DNA of 63,214 nt, counting the filler, from Octopus bimaculoides (taxonomy: Eukaryota): assembly GCF_001194135.2 (NCBI RefSeq). It is 4 parts of 4 records of this genome, joined end to end, with 100 filler letters (N's around TTAATTAATTAA, not from the genome) between each part and the next. Parts side by side here need not be neighbours in the genome. Positions count along the whole stretch, not along the records: positions 22,207 to 32,311 come from NC_068996.1; positions 32,412 to 49,029 come from NC_069000.1; 2 more parts are not named here. One strand, 5' to 3'. The position numbers and the translations under genes are program-made. The first letter of the stretch is position 1. The number at the start of each line of letters is the position of its first letter. Below, in pieces: positions 25,738 to 37,810 of this stretch. The notes beneath the pieces were generated by a model. It had not been told where the DNA came from, did no database searches, and saw only the letters and a list, made by a program, of their open reading frames with translations.

Positions 25738-26812
25738 ACAGAAGAACTAAGAATGGATTTGATATGAATGGAGGCCTCCACACAACAGTTGGAGTGGCAA
25801 GATTAATGCTTACCTAGAAAGGAAGATGGAAGAGGGTTAATATCAGTTGAAGACTGCGTGGAGTTAGCTAGAGTAGATATAGTCTTCTATGTAGGTAATT
25901 GTGAAGAAAGTCTCTTAAGAGCTGCTAGCGTTACAATAGGACATAGGGAAACCAAAAAGTCAAATGAAGTTAAAAACCAGAAAAAAGAAGCAAGAGAAGG
26001 CTTTGCGCGGTAGATTCCTAAAGATGATTGCAGTAAATAGTAATAATGAGACATGGTTACGGTTGCAGAAAAGAAAACTGGAAAGGGAGAAGAAAGTTTG
26101 TTAGTAGCAGCACAAGATCAAGCATTAAGGCTAATTGGATAATCGCCAAGATTGACAAAAACCAAGTAACTTCCCAATGTAGGTTATGTAAGTCAAAAGG
26201 GAAAAGTGTTACTCTTTTAGTAAGTGAATGTAGAATGCTGACACAGAAAGAATACAAGAAAAGACGTGACAATCTAGGGAGGGCAATCCACTGGGAGCAT
26301 TATAGAAAGCTAGGATCTGAACATACTAATAAATGGTATGAACATCAACCTAGTAAAGTACAAGAAAATAAGAAATACAAGATGTTGGGGGACTTTACCA
26401 TTCAGACTGACAGTAATAGAAGCCAGAAGGCCTGATTTGGTTGTAATAGAGAGAAAGAGAATAGAAAGTGCCGGATAATCGATTCCATATGAAGAGAAAA
26501 TCAACGTGAGAGGTTTAGAAAAAATAACAAAGTACCAGGGTCTAGCTATTGAGTTACAGAGACCATGGTAAGTGCGGGTAAATGTATCCCTGTAGTTAAA
26601 GGTGCATTGGGAACTATCCATGAGAGTCTGAACAGATGAACAGAGGAAATAGGAGGAAATAGGCATATTACCTAGTTTAGTGCAGTTCCAGGAAACAACG
26701 TTATTTGGGACAGCTAGAATACCTCGGAATGTTCTTGACATCTAAGGTTTACTTGTAGCCCGATGTTAGGAATTTTTCGTTTCCAACAGTTTAATCTGCT
26801 GTGTGTATATGA
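25738..26812 (+). mobile_element. R4/Dong-like RLE non-LTR retrotransposon, 3' portion, degenerate
   Basis: Frameshifted translation gives MNGGLH...PRKEDGRGLISVEDCV, a zinc knuckle CRLCKSK..SVTLLVSEC, AIHW, RPDLVV..(K)CRIID (PD-D/ExK), KITKYQGLAIELQR, V.GALG and GTARI.R.VL* (stop 26743-26745). A short 3' UTR and an (AAC)n/(AAT)n tail follow. Confidence 0.85.
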
Positions 26813-26857
26813 AACAACAACAACAGCAGCAGCAACAACAACAACAACAACAACAAC

Positions 26858-26925
<68 letters not shown>

Positions 26926-26941
26926 CAACAACAACAACAAC

Positions 26942-27000
<59 letters not shown>
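26813..27000. repeat. (AAC)n/(AAT)n compound microsatellite shared as a tail by two convergent retroelements
   Basis: Direct reading. Confidence 0.9.
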
Positions 27001-27002
<2 letters not shown>

Positions 27003-27003
<1 letters not shown>

Positions 27004-27895
27004 TTTCATTTATTTACCACAAGGGCGAGGATGAAGAGGACAATACAAAGACAGACATAAAGTGCGGGGGTTTACATATGATGAAATGATAAAAAAAAAG
27101 GATAGAAAGCAAGAAAGTATACACAGTATACACAGAAAATGAAGGGACATATGGATAGCATACAAAGGTTTAAAAAAATGGTGGTGAGGATGGTAGAGAT
27201 GTGGTCCTCCTGATATAGAAAGGCCTCAAGGGATAATCGAGAAATCCCACTGTCCGAGATTTCCCTGAAACCTCAAAAGAGAGTGCCCTCTCCAATTTCT
27301 TCTCTCTGACTCACAGGTCTACAATTAGAGAGGTACCATCCACTCTTGCCATTTTCGGAACTTTCACCCACCTTTCAATAAAATCACTCGAGGACAGCAC
27401 TTCCCTCTTCACTCTCAATTTCCTTTTCAAGTAAAACTTGAAAAAGTTAATGAGAGCTCTACCAAAGAGGAATATATCTGTCCTCATGCCTTTCAGCCTT
27501 TTCCACCAAACAACCTCTTTCGCCACAGCCACCAGGCAAACGAAAGCTGCCTTGCTTACCCGATTGAAGGAGGTTGGTGGTGCATTCATCACTACAGCCT
27601 CAGCCGGTAAATAGATCCGTCCCATACGTGATAGCAGCTGTTCAACATAACTCCACAAGTCAGCAATGCTCGGACACTGAACGAGGGCGTCCAGAACGGA
27701 TTCGTCACTCTGAGCGCACCTCGTACAAGCCTGTTTGACAGCACATCCGTGCCTGTAGAGTTTATCTCGAATCGGTAGCACCTCCCCCCCCCCGGTAGCA
27801 CTGCCACGCCAAGGACATCTGGAAATTGTCCATGATAGTTCGCGACTAGAAAGTCCTCCGGAACAAATTCGCCAGTTCGTTTTTGTCGACACGCA
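27003..27895 (-). mobile_element. Tx1/L1-clade LINE ORF2 C-terminus (zf-RVT-like) plus 3' UTR
   Basis: ORF 27311-27892: LPIRDKLYRHG..CTRCAQSDESVLDALVQC (degenerate C-x2-C..H..C), ending RWVKV..MARVDGTSLIVDL*. Confidence 0.8.
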
Positions 27896-27899
27896 GTCT

Positions 27900-28476
27900 T
27901 CACGAGAACGTCATCGCGCTTCATGCCTTGATGCAATATGAGGCAGTGGCTCTCATGGCTTCTGATCTTAATTGATTGGAAGTGTTATCATGTACATGTT
28001 TTATCTTAGTATAAAAGATGGACTGTAGCAAATATTCTACTCAATATAACAAATTTGTTTGTCAGTTGTTTTACCTGAACCAGTTGAGCATGTCCCTTGG
28101 TGGCTGACGATATGTATATCTCTGATCATGAGCAAAAGTAACAGGGAAGCATCATAACCATGTGCTGAGAGAAATTCTTTGAGGTTTGGATAATTCACCT
28201 ATGAAAATATGGGTGTTTCGTTCAAAATCCTTACACAACTTTTATTAAGGGACCTTTTGAGCGGGTTGGGCTACAACCTGAAGAAAATTCTAACTGGGTC
28301 CCCACCTGCAAGGTCATGCGCTCTTTATCTTGATATAAGATCAACATATCGCGGACGTATGGTTGTGTTGCTTGTGCCTGGTGTACCCTTATCAGACGGG
28401 TAGTCATGATGGGTATACTGGGTTGTGTATACTTTAACCCAGTGTCAGTTTGATGGCATGTGCTGCTCTCTCACTC

Positions 28477-28517
<41 letters not shown>
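27900..28517 (+). mobile_element. Probable non-LTR retroelement 3' UTR ending in (AAT)n
   Basis: Complex non-coding segment ending CTCTCTCACTC(AAT)n. The family assignment is from recall only; single copy here. Confidence 0.45.
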
Positions 28518-28865
28518 GTACAACAGGAGAATTAGGAATGTGCTCGACACAAAATTACATGCATGAATATAGTTAAAGCCATAAATACATGTATTATGTA
28601 TGTGCTGAGATACTTTTCTCCTTTTCTGAAATATACGGGAGTCGAGGTACAGACGTTGGATTGAAGAACTAGAAAACTGCTCATAATGCCCAACGCATTC
28701 CACCCTTAAAGCAATATCGATCGACTTTGTCCATTTAGAAAGTAAGGCAACAAATGACTACTAAACATCTAAGAAACTGTTGGTCCTGCGATACTGAGTC
28801 TGGAAAACCACGTTGTGCAGAGTATAAAAAGAATACATATACAAGGCGCAGGAGTGGCTGTGTTT

Positions 28866-29168
28866 AAGGCGCAGGAGTGGCTGTGTGGTAAGTAGCTTGC
28901 TTACCAACCACATGGTTCCGGGTTCAGTCCCACTGCGTGACATCTTGGGCAGGTGTCTTCTACTATAGCCTCGGGCCGACCAAAGCCTTGTGAGTGGATT
29001 TGGTAGACAGGAAACTGAAAGAAGCCCGTCATATATATGTATATATATATATGTATGTGTGCATGTGTTTGTGTGTCTGTATTTGTCCCCCCAACATCGC
29101 TTGACAACCGATGCTGGTGTGTTTACGTCCCTGTAACCTAGCGGTTCGGCAAAATAATAGAATAAGTA
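28866..29168 (+). mobile_element. SINE (family A), young-looking, cut by a gap
   Basis: tRNA-like head GGCGCAGGAGTGGCTGTGTGGTAAG...GGGTTCAGTCCC, internal (TA)/(TG) tract, conserved body ACAACCGATGCTGGTGTGTTTACGTCC. Confidence 0.85.
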
Positions 29169-31638
29169 NNNNNNNNNNNNNNNNNNNNNNNNNNNNNNNN
29201 NNNNNNNNNNNNNNNNNNNNNNNNNNNNNNNNNNNNNNNNNNNNNNNNNNNNNNNNNNNNNNNNNNNNNNNNNNNNNNNNNNNNNNNNNNNNNNNNNNNN
29301 NNNNNNNNNNNNNNNNNNNNNNNNNNNNNNNNNNNNNNNNNNNNNNNNNNNNNNNNNNNNNNNNNNNNNNNNNNNNNNNNNNNNNNNNNNNNNNNNNNNN
29401 NNNNNNNNNNNNNNNNNNNNNNNNNNNNNNNNNNNNNNNNNNNNNNNNNNNNNNNNNNNNNNNNNNNNNNNNNNNNNNNNNNNNNNNNNNNNNNNNNNNN
29501 NNNNNNNNNNNNNNNNNNNNNNNNNNNNNNNNNNNNNNNNNNNNNNNNNNNNNNNNNNNNNNNNNNNNNNNNNNNNNNNNNNNNNNNNNNNNNNNNNNNN
29601 NNNNNNNNNNNNNNNNNNNNNNNNNNNNNNNNNNNNNNNNNNNNNNNNNNNNNNNNNNNNNNNNNNNNNNNNNNNNNNNNNNNNNNNNNNNNNNNNNNNN
29701 NNNNNNNNNNNNNNNNNNNNNNNNNNNNNNNNNNNNNNNNNNNNNNNNNNNNNNNNNNNNNNNNNNNNNNNNNNNNNNNNNNNNNNNNNNNNNNNNNNNN
29801 NNNNNNNNNNNNNNNNNNNNNNNNNNNNNNNNNNNNNNNNNNNNNNNNNNNNNNNNNNNNNNNNNNNNNNNNNNNNNNNNNNNNNNNNNNNNNNCATACG
29901 TACATACATACATACATACATACACACATACATAATACATACATACAGGCATGCATGCATACATACATACATACATACGTACATACATACATACATACAT
30001 CCATACATACATACATACATACATACGTACATACATACATACATACACGCATACATGCATACGTACATACATACATACATACACGCATACATACATACAT
30101 ACACGCATACATACATACATACATACATACATACATACATACATACATACATGCATACATAGATACATGCATACATACATACATATCACAGTGATCTCCC
30201 TTGTCAAGCGAAAGCTTATGAACGCAGTAATTTAAAAAAGAATGAAAACCAAAAATAACGACCATTTAACTTTGATATAAAAGTCAAACGAAGGCACAAT
30301 AAACTTAACCACTTTCTCGCCCCCTTATCTCCGCTCGTAATCCTACTGTCCAAACGTGTGACTATGCAAGGAATTGCCGTTTGTCATATTACAAAAAGGA
30401 AAACGGAGTCAATGGTTTAATAATATAATACATTATCTCGTATGTGACTACGAGCAAAGACAAACTGATGAGCAACGAAAGCAACAGCCAACAGCACAGT
30501 AGCAGTTTAAACGGCAACAGAAAGAACAACAACAACAACAATAACAACAACAATAACAACAGCAATAACAACAACTACTGAAGCTTCACAAATAGCAGTG
30601 TCGGTAAACAGCAGTAACAAAACGGCAGTAACAAATTCCTCAGATTTATCTTAATCATTTGTTCGTCTTTAACACCCAAAGAAATGTTGTTTGCTTTAGA
30701 CGTGGCTAAGCTCAAAGAAAAACACACGATACGTGATCGTTTGAATAAAAACCCGCCGGCCCAATATCCACGGATCATGCTGATTGTGGTAATAGCAGTG
30801 TGGCGACAGTGGCGGCGTTAGAGCTACGCTGACGGTGGTGGTGGTGGTGNNNNNNNNNNNNNNNNNNNNNNNNNNNNNNNNNNNNNNNNNNNNNNNNNNN
30901 NNNNNNNNNNNNNNNNNNNNNNNNNNNNNNNNNNNNNNNNNNNNNNNNNNNNNNNNNNNNNNNNNNNNNNNNNNNNNNNNNNNNNNNNNNNNNNNNNNNN
31001 NNNNNNNNNNNNNNNNNNNNNNNNNNNNNNNNNNNNNNNNNNNNNNNNNNNNNNNNNNNNNNNNNNNNNNNNNNNNNNNNNNNNNNNNNNNNNNNNNNNN
31101 NNNNNNNNNNNNNNNNNNNNNNNNNNNNNNNNNNNNNNNNNNNNNNNNNNNNNNNNNNNNNNNNNNNNNNNNNNNNNNNNNNNNNNNNNNNNNNNNNNNN
31201 NNNNNNNNNNNNNNNNNNNNNNNNNNNNNNNNNNNNNNNNNNNNNNNNNNNNNNNNNNNNNNNNNNNNNNNNNNNNNNNNNNNNNNNNNNNNNNNNNNNN
31301 NNNNNNNNNNNNNNNNNNNNNNNNNNNNNNNNNNNNNNNNNNNNTGGTGGTGGTGGTGGTGGTGGTGGTGGTGGTGGTACTAGTGGCGGAGGCGGTGAAA
31401 GCGCTTTAGCCCCCAAGACAGTCTTGATGTTTTTGAACAGACCTATAATGAAAGGCGTTCCAGGCTGTTACAATTATCATTATAGTTTTTTTTGTTTTCT
31501 TCGTTCATTCATATATAGGGGACTTGACTTGCATTGTCGAATTTAAGACGTTAAAATGAGATTTAAACGAGATTTGACTGCTACTTCTAGCGGGTTGTGC
31601 ACACTGCCAGAAATAATCCGCTGAGGCGATCCTTTCGC

Positions 31639-31676
<38 letters not shown>

Positions 31677-33009
31677 CAGCAGCAGCAGCAGTAGTAGTAG
31701 TAGCAGTAGTAGTAGTAGTAGCAGTAGTAGTAGTAGTAGTAGCAATGGTAGTAGTGATAGTATTAGTGGTGGTGGTGATGGTGGTGGTAGAAGATTTGAT
31801 GATGGCAAAATTGGTAAACTGTTGCTTCTGATGTTGGTGAGTGTGGTAACGCTCTTGTTGTTGTTGGTGGTGGTGGTAATAGTGGTGGTGATGGTGGTGG
31901 TGGTAGTGCTTGAAGTGATGGTATAAACAGCGTTCTTGGCGATATTGATGTGGTGATAGAGTTTTCATAATGGAAGTGATGTTGACGTTGGTGAATGCAA
32001 TGAGTGGTAGTGGTTGTATTGGTGCACATACTGTGGTGATGGTAGTGGTGTTCACAGTGATCGCGTTGATGGTAGTGGTGGTGATCGTGATCGTGATGAT
32101 GAGATTATGGTGGTGGTGGTGGTGGTGGTGGTGATGGTGGTGGTGGTGGTCGTCGTCGTCGTGGTTGTGGTGATGGTGGTGATGGTGGTGGTGGTGGTAA
32201 TGGTAGTGGTGTTCACAGTGATCGCGTTGATGGTAGTGGTGGTGATCGTGATCGTGATGATGAGATTATGGTGGTGGTGGTGGTGGTGGTGGTGATGGTG
32301 GTGGTGGTGGTNNNNNNNNNNNNNNNNNNNNNNNNNNNNNNNNNNNNNNNNNNNNTTAATTAATTAANNNNNNNNNNNNNNNNNNNNNNNNNNNNNNNNN
32401 NNNNNNNNNNNTTGAAAAGCATAATTGTTTGATGTCAAACTAAAAGCAAACGTGACAACTATGGTGCGAAACTGTACCAGCATCAAATTTTCCACTAAAA
32501 GTCTGTCACTCTATGAACTTAGACAGCAACAAATGTCTGCGAACATTATAATTCTTGATTGTATTAGAAATAATTACCGGTTTTAATTAATCAATTTAAT
32601 TAGTTCATGGAAAATGTAACAATTCTATCCATTAAGTAATAAAGTCATCTGCTACCTAACCATAATTCAATGAATTTCATACTGACTAATTTCCTTCCTT
32701 TTCTCAATAAATAACGTTTTATTAATTTCTTCATCAAATCTTCAGTCATTCTGTCGTTCCTTCTCCTTCGCTTCTTATCAGTTCTTTCTCATCCACTCTC
32801 TCCTTCTATCATCGACCTTCGTTTCATCTTATTCAGCCATAAATCGTTAATTTTCTTCTATAATTTACATATTCCATTACATTATTAAACCAGTTCTTAT
32901 ACATCATCCATCGCTTCAGGCTTCTGTTACTTTTCTTCACCGTTCACAGCCATTACAGTTGTATTGTTGTTATCTCTTTCCTTTCCTTTTTTTTTTTTTT
33001 AGTCGATAC

Positions 33010-33458
33010 TAGCATGTTCACCTAGAAATTTGCTTAGCAAACCACGTGATTTCGTGTTCAGTCCCACTAAGCGGATCCTTTGGTAAGCGTCTTCTATTAA
33101 TGCCTAGGGCCGACCAATGCCCTGCGAGTGAATATAGTTGGCAGAAACTGTGTTGAAGGCTATATATGTACGTATGTGTATGTGTTATATATATATATAT
33201 ATGGGGGGTGTATATCTACATGCATATGTATGTATGTATGTATGTATGTGAGTGTTTGTGTTTCTATCTCCACCCACCGCTTGACAACCGGTGTTGGTCT
33301 GTTGACATTTTAGTAAGCTAGCAGTTCGCCAAAATAACCGATAGAATAAGTAACGTGTTTCAAATAAAGATCTAAGTTCTAGGACCATTATTTGTTCGAA
33401 ATAAACACTTCAGGCTAGTGCTCCAGCAAGGCCGCAGTCTAGTGACTAATACAAGTAA
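33010..33458 (+). mobile_element. SINE (family A), diverged, near full length
   Basis: Head, internal microsatellite and tail (GCTCCAGCAAGGCCGCAGTC) are all recognisable. Confidence 0.7.
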
Positions 33459-33544
33459 CAGATATACGATAAATGTCTTTGTTGTATTTCAGAAATAATG
33501 CATTTCTAAATCTCTCAGATAGATTTATACAGTAGTGATACGAT

Positions 33545-33893
33545 GATGTAGTTGTATACTGTCAACTGAATGTGACAGTCCCCTGAAGGGAATACTACTA
33601 CTGTTGGTTAGACCTAGGAAGTTGCACCGCTTCCTGTCGGACTTGACACATTTCCTGTGTCCTTATATTTACAAGGGGAAGACATCACAAACTGATGGCG
33701 AGCAAAACTCAGAATCATGTCTCTGGATGCAGGCTTAGCTGGGTGGAGGTGCTTGTCTCCCCCTTGCAAACATAAGGACACAGGAAATGTGTCAAGGCCG
33801 ACAGAAAGCGGTGCAGCTTCCTAGGTCTAACCAACAGTAGTATTATTCCCTTCAGGGGACTGTCACATTAAGTTGACAGTATACAACTACGTC
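33545..33893. repeat. Fold-back/MITE-like element: ~140-bp inverted arms around a ~70-bp spacer
   Basis: 33545-33684 versus 33754-33893: about 9 substitutions and no indels. No clear TSD. Confidence 0.9.
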
Positions 33894-34899
33894 TTTGTTG
33901 TAGTTCTCCTAATTCCTCTCCTTATATATCTTTCTCTCTGGTTCCTCTTAGTCCTGCTCTGTCTCAGTTTGGCTTTCTCCGTCTGCCATATTTTTCATTC
34001 GTAAAGACAAATAATTATTTCTTAGAAAGGCATGCAGTTCAAATGTTTAAGTGGAATATAATATGAAGAGGTGTAATTTATTACTTATCCAGAGAATATT
34101 TACCGCAAATTGAAAATGGAAATCTAATTCAACATGTACTGCACATCAATGCCCACCTTGGAATGTAATACTTTTTAGGAAAATGTTAATGCCTTTTTAG
34201 GAAAATTGCAAAAGCCGACAATCAGACTCGCAACTAATATTAATAGTTTGTCTCCCATTAGTGACATTGCTTAAGGCTGGCTACTGAACACTTGAGTGTG
34301 TCGTTCGAAGATATAGAAATAGAATAAAATATACAAAATAAAATAGTCAACATAGAATTGTTGCGAAAGAAAAACGGGAAATTGTAGCGTATATATATTG
34401 AAAAAAAATGTTTAGTAATAATTTTAAAAGCAATTCACACAGACATGTTTCTTTTATTTCATAATTGTTTTCATATACAAATCACATGTTTTTTTTTTTC
34501 TTTTGGCACACGTTGGAAATGCACGTTTAATGATTTTCATGGGAGGAGTGTAAATAGATGCATAAGTTTCATCGATTTGTTTTCAATATATTGACATATT
34601 GCTGTGTATGCATTGAATCAAGTGTGTATTTTACATCAGCTCTTGTCTACGTAGCGTCGATTATGTATTTCTCTGTCCATCAGTTCTTTCATTCCACGTC
34701 GTTTTCCGTTTCTATGGTAACTATAGCGTAATACTAGGAGTGTCACCTTTGCAGAGAAATCCTATGTCACGATTAGATGTCCTTAATACTTGGTAAATAC
34801 GGAAACGAATGTCAAAGCAAATAAGCTCACAATCACATACTATGTACACAAACAGCCTTAAATACTATGTGAAGCTTATATTTCTGTGCGTATGTATAG

Positions 34900-34904
<5 letters not shown>

Positions 34905-34992
<88 letters not shown>
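34905..34992. repeat. (GA)n microsatellite
   Basis: Direct reading. Confidence 0.95.
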
Positions 34993-34996
<4 letters not shown>

Positions 34997-35342
34997 TATG
35001 TGATTAGATGCAAATATGCAAATATATACACTAGATTCAGCTATATCCAGGACACCTGCAATCAACATAACATCGCCAAATACAATCAACATTTGATATC
35101 TGTTTTCGTTGAGATAGCACTTCGTTCTTAACTCGTGTTCTAACAGATCACAAAACTGCATTTCATTTTTTGCTCATCTCCGACGGTAAACAGTCACAAA
35201 TATTATTATTATATACAATCATATACTGTTGATAGCTATTTACTTTAATGTTCCTCAGCTACATGAATAGTTCTGCATTCGTCAACATTACCTCAGAACT
35301 TCCGTTCTATAGCAACCATATATACAAATATGCACGCGTATG

Positions 35343-35384
<42 letters not shown>

Positions 35385-35984
35385 TATGCACATATACACA
35401 CACACACTAGACATAGGTGTGTGTGGTATGTGGGAATGGAAAAGTAAATCCTTGATCACAGAGCAACTCTCAGTAGGACACTAAACGAAGTTATCCGCAC
35501 TCGTTATCAATCGCTTTCGTGAAAACAAACCGTTAAAAGCAAAGAACAAATAAAACGGAAGTTATTGACTCATTTCCAGGACCCGTCTTTAAGATTGGAA
35601 TTCGTTCTGTCAATGCAAAACGACGACCAGCATCAACAATTGTTGGTAGGAATTGAACGAGTTATTGTTTTGTTGACACATCGCAGAGTAAGTAATCTCT
35701 GAAGGAATTCGGAACAAATGGAAATCCGAAACTGTGTGAGAAACCGGAAGGCGGTGTATGAAGTAACGTTAAGGCAAATAATGATGCTAGACGAGAATGG
35801 CGGAATAAAATGAATATAAAAACAACTAAGAAATGAAGAAATGAATAGATAATGAGTCCAAGAAAAAGAAAAGCAAAATACGAAAGTTAAGAGAAAGCAC
35901 AGAGAATAAAGTAGTTATAATAGTGGTGAGAAGACAAGTTGCACGTGCGGACTGACGGATATCTCAAGTAGGCAGAAGATAAGG

Positions 35985-36130
35985 CGTGGAGGTATGTGGT
36001 TTAGTGGTTAGGATGCTGTACTCAAGATCGTAAGATTGTGGTTTCGATTCCTGGACCGGACGATATTTTATGTTCTTGAGCAAAGCGCGTCATTTCCAGT
36101 TGTTCCAATCCACTCAGCTGACAACCGTTC
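35985..36130 (+). mobile_element. SINE (family C)
   Basis: GTGGTTTAGTGGTTAGG...GTTTCGATTCC...TTCTTGAGCAA...CCACTCAGCTG. Confidence 0.7.
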
Positions 36131-36377
36131 AGGTGGAGAATATATACACGCCATGGAAACCGGGAAATTGCCCCACCCCCCACCCCCCACCTATTAGTCT
36201 ATGGCTCAGAAAGGAATTTGATCTTTATATTTTTCTTCTTTTTTGAGAAAATAAACCGGGTAAACAGTGAGATTCAATGGATGATGAAGGAGGGTTTAGA
36301 AAGAGATCGAAAAGTTAATGAATTACGTTAAGAAAAAAATACTCATTAACATTGGAAATGAAATAAAATCGATGTAT

Positions 36378-36598
36378 ATTAGTTTCAAATTTTGGTACAA
36401 GGCCAGACATTTTTGTGGGGAGGTGCTAAGTTGATCATAGCGACCCAAGTGTTCAACTGGTACTTATTTTATCGACCCCGAAAGAATGAAAGGCAACCTT
36501 GACCACTGCGGAATTTGCACTCAGAACGTAAAGACGGACGAAATGCAACTAAGCATTTTGTTCGGCGGGTTAACGATTCTGCCTAGCTTGCTGCCTTA
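36378..36598 (-). mobile_element. SINE (family B)
   Basis: Reverse complement of the family B consensus. Confidence 0.75.
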
Positions 36599-36914
36599 AA
36601 ATAATCATTGATATTGGAAATTGAGAAAAATAGAATCGATTTACATTGGTAGATGTGAATGTAATGTTGAGACTATCGCCTCACATTACCTCTTTCTCCG
36701 ACGAAGTATATGACTGTTATCTAATTTACCGACTACGGAAGGAGAAAAGGCAAAAATAACCTCATCAACATTTGAACGCATTCTATTGCCACAACTATTC
36801 GTCTAGCCCCGTTGGTTCAAAGACTTCATACTCTGAAGAAACACACGAACCAATAAACTTGTGTGATACATCTGTATTAGATACAAAGTATATAGTTATC
36901 ATAAAGAAACTAAA

Positions 36915-37810
36915 CGTTATCATGTGAAATAAACCCTGTTTACAACACTGCTTTCTTACGTATATTATGAGTATGTGTGTATATTCAAATACAGTCACTT
37001 TAACAGTATTATTATGTGAAGTATGCCTTGATTACAACACCACTGACTAACATTTATGTTACGTATGTTATGAGTATATGTGTACCTTTAAATACATTCG
37101 GTTTAGTAATATTAAAACGTGAAATAAACCTTCATTACTACAATACTGACTAACACTTATGCTATGTGTATAATGAGTATATGCGAAATATTTAACTACA
37201 TTCACTTTGATAACATGACGCGAAATAAATCTTGCTCACAACACCAACGATAAACATTTATGTTATGCGTATTATGAATGTATGTATATAATTAGAGATA
37301 TATCCACTTTAGCAATGTTAGAGCAACAAACTGTGCTTACAACACTAACTACCATCTATGTTAGGGGTATCATGAATATATATATATATATATATNNNNN
37401 NNNNNNNNNNNNNNNNNNNNNNNNNNNNNNNNNNNNNNNNNNNNNNNNNNNNNNNNNNNNNNNNNNNNNNNNNNNNNNNNNNNNNNNNNNNNNNNNNNNN
37501 NNNNNNNNNNNNNNNNNNNNNNNNNNNNNNNNNNNNNNNNNNNNNNNNNNNNNNNNNNNNNNNNNNNNNNNNNNNNNNNTATATATATATATATATATAT
37601 GTATATGTGTGTGTGTATATGTTTATGTATGTATGTATGTATGTATGTATGTATGTATGTATGTATGTATGTATGTATGCGTATTTAGATAGATTCATTC
37701 TAGCAATATTATCATGTGAAATATACCTTGCTTATAACGCCACTGACTAACATTTATGTTATGAATGTTACGTATATATATATACGCATTTACTTTAGCA
37801 ATATTATGCT
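36915..37810. repeat. Diverged ~100-bp tandem repeat, at least 5 units, interrupted by a microsatellite and a gap
   Basis: AYGYGAARTA anchors at 36922, 37014, 37117, 37218 and 37714; shared ACTGACTAACA.TTATG. Confidence 0.75.

Noticed and set aside
30465-30481. CTGATGAGCAACGAAAG possible hammerhead
   Set aside because: Only a 1-bp helix II, no NUH triplet or helix I, and it sits in low-complexity sequence.
32035-32311. Tandem duplication of a GGT-rich block
   Set aside because: Low complexity and directly against a scaffold spacer; cannot be separated from misassembly.
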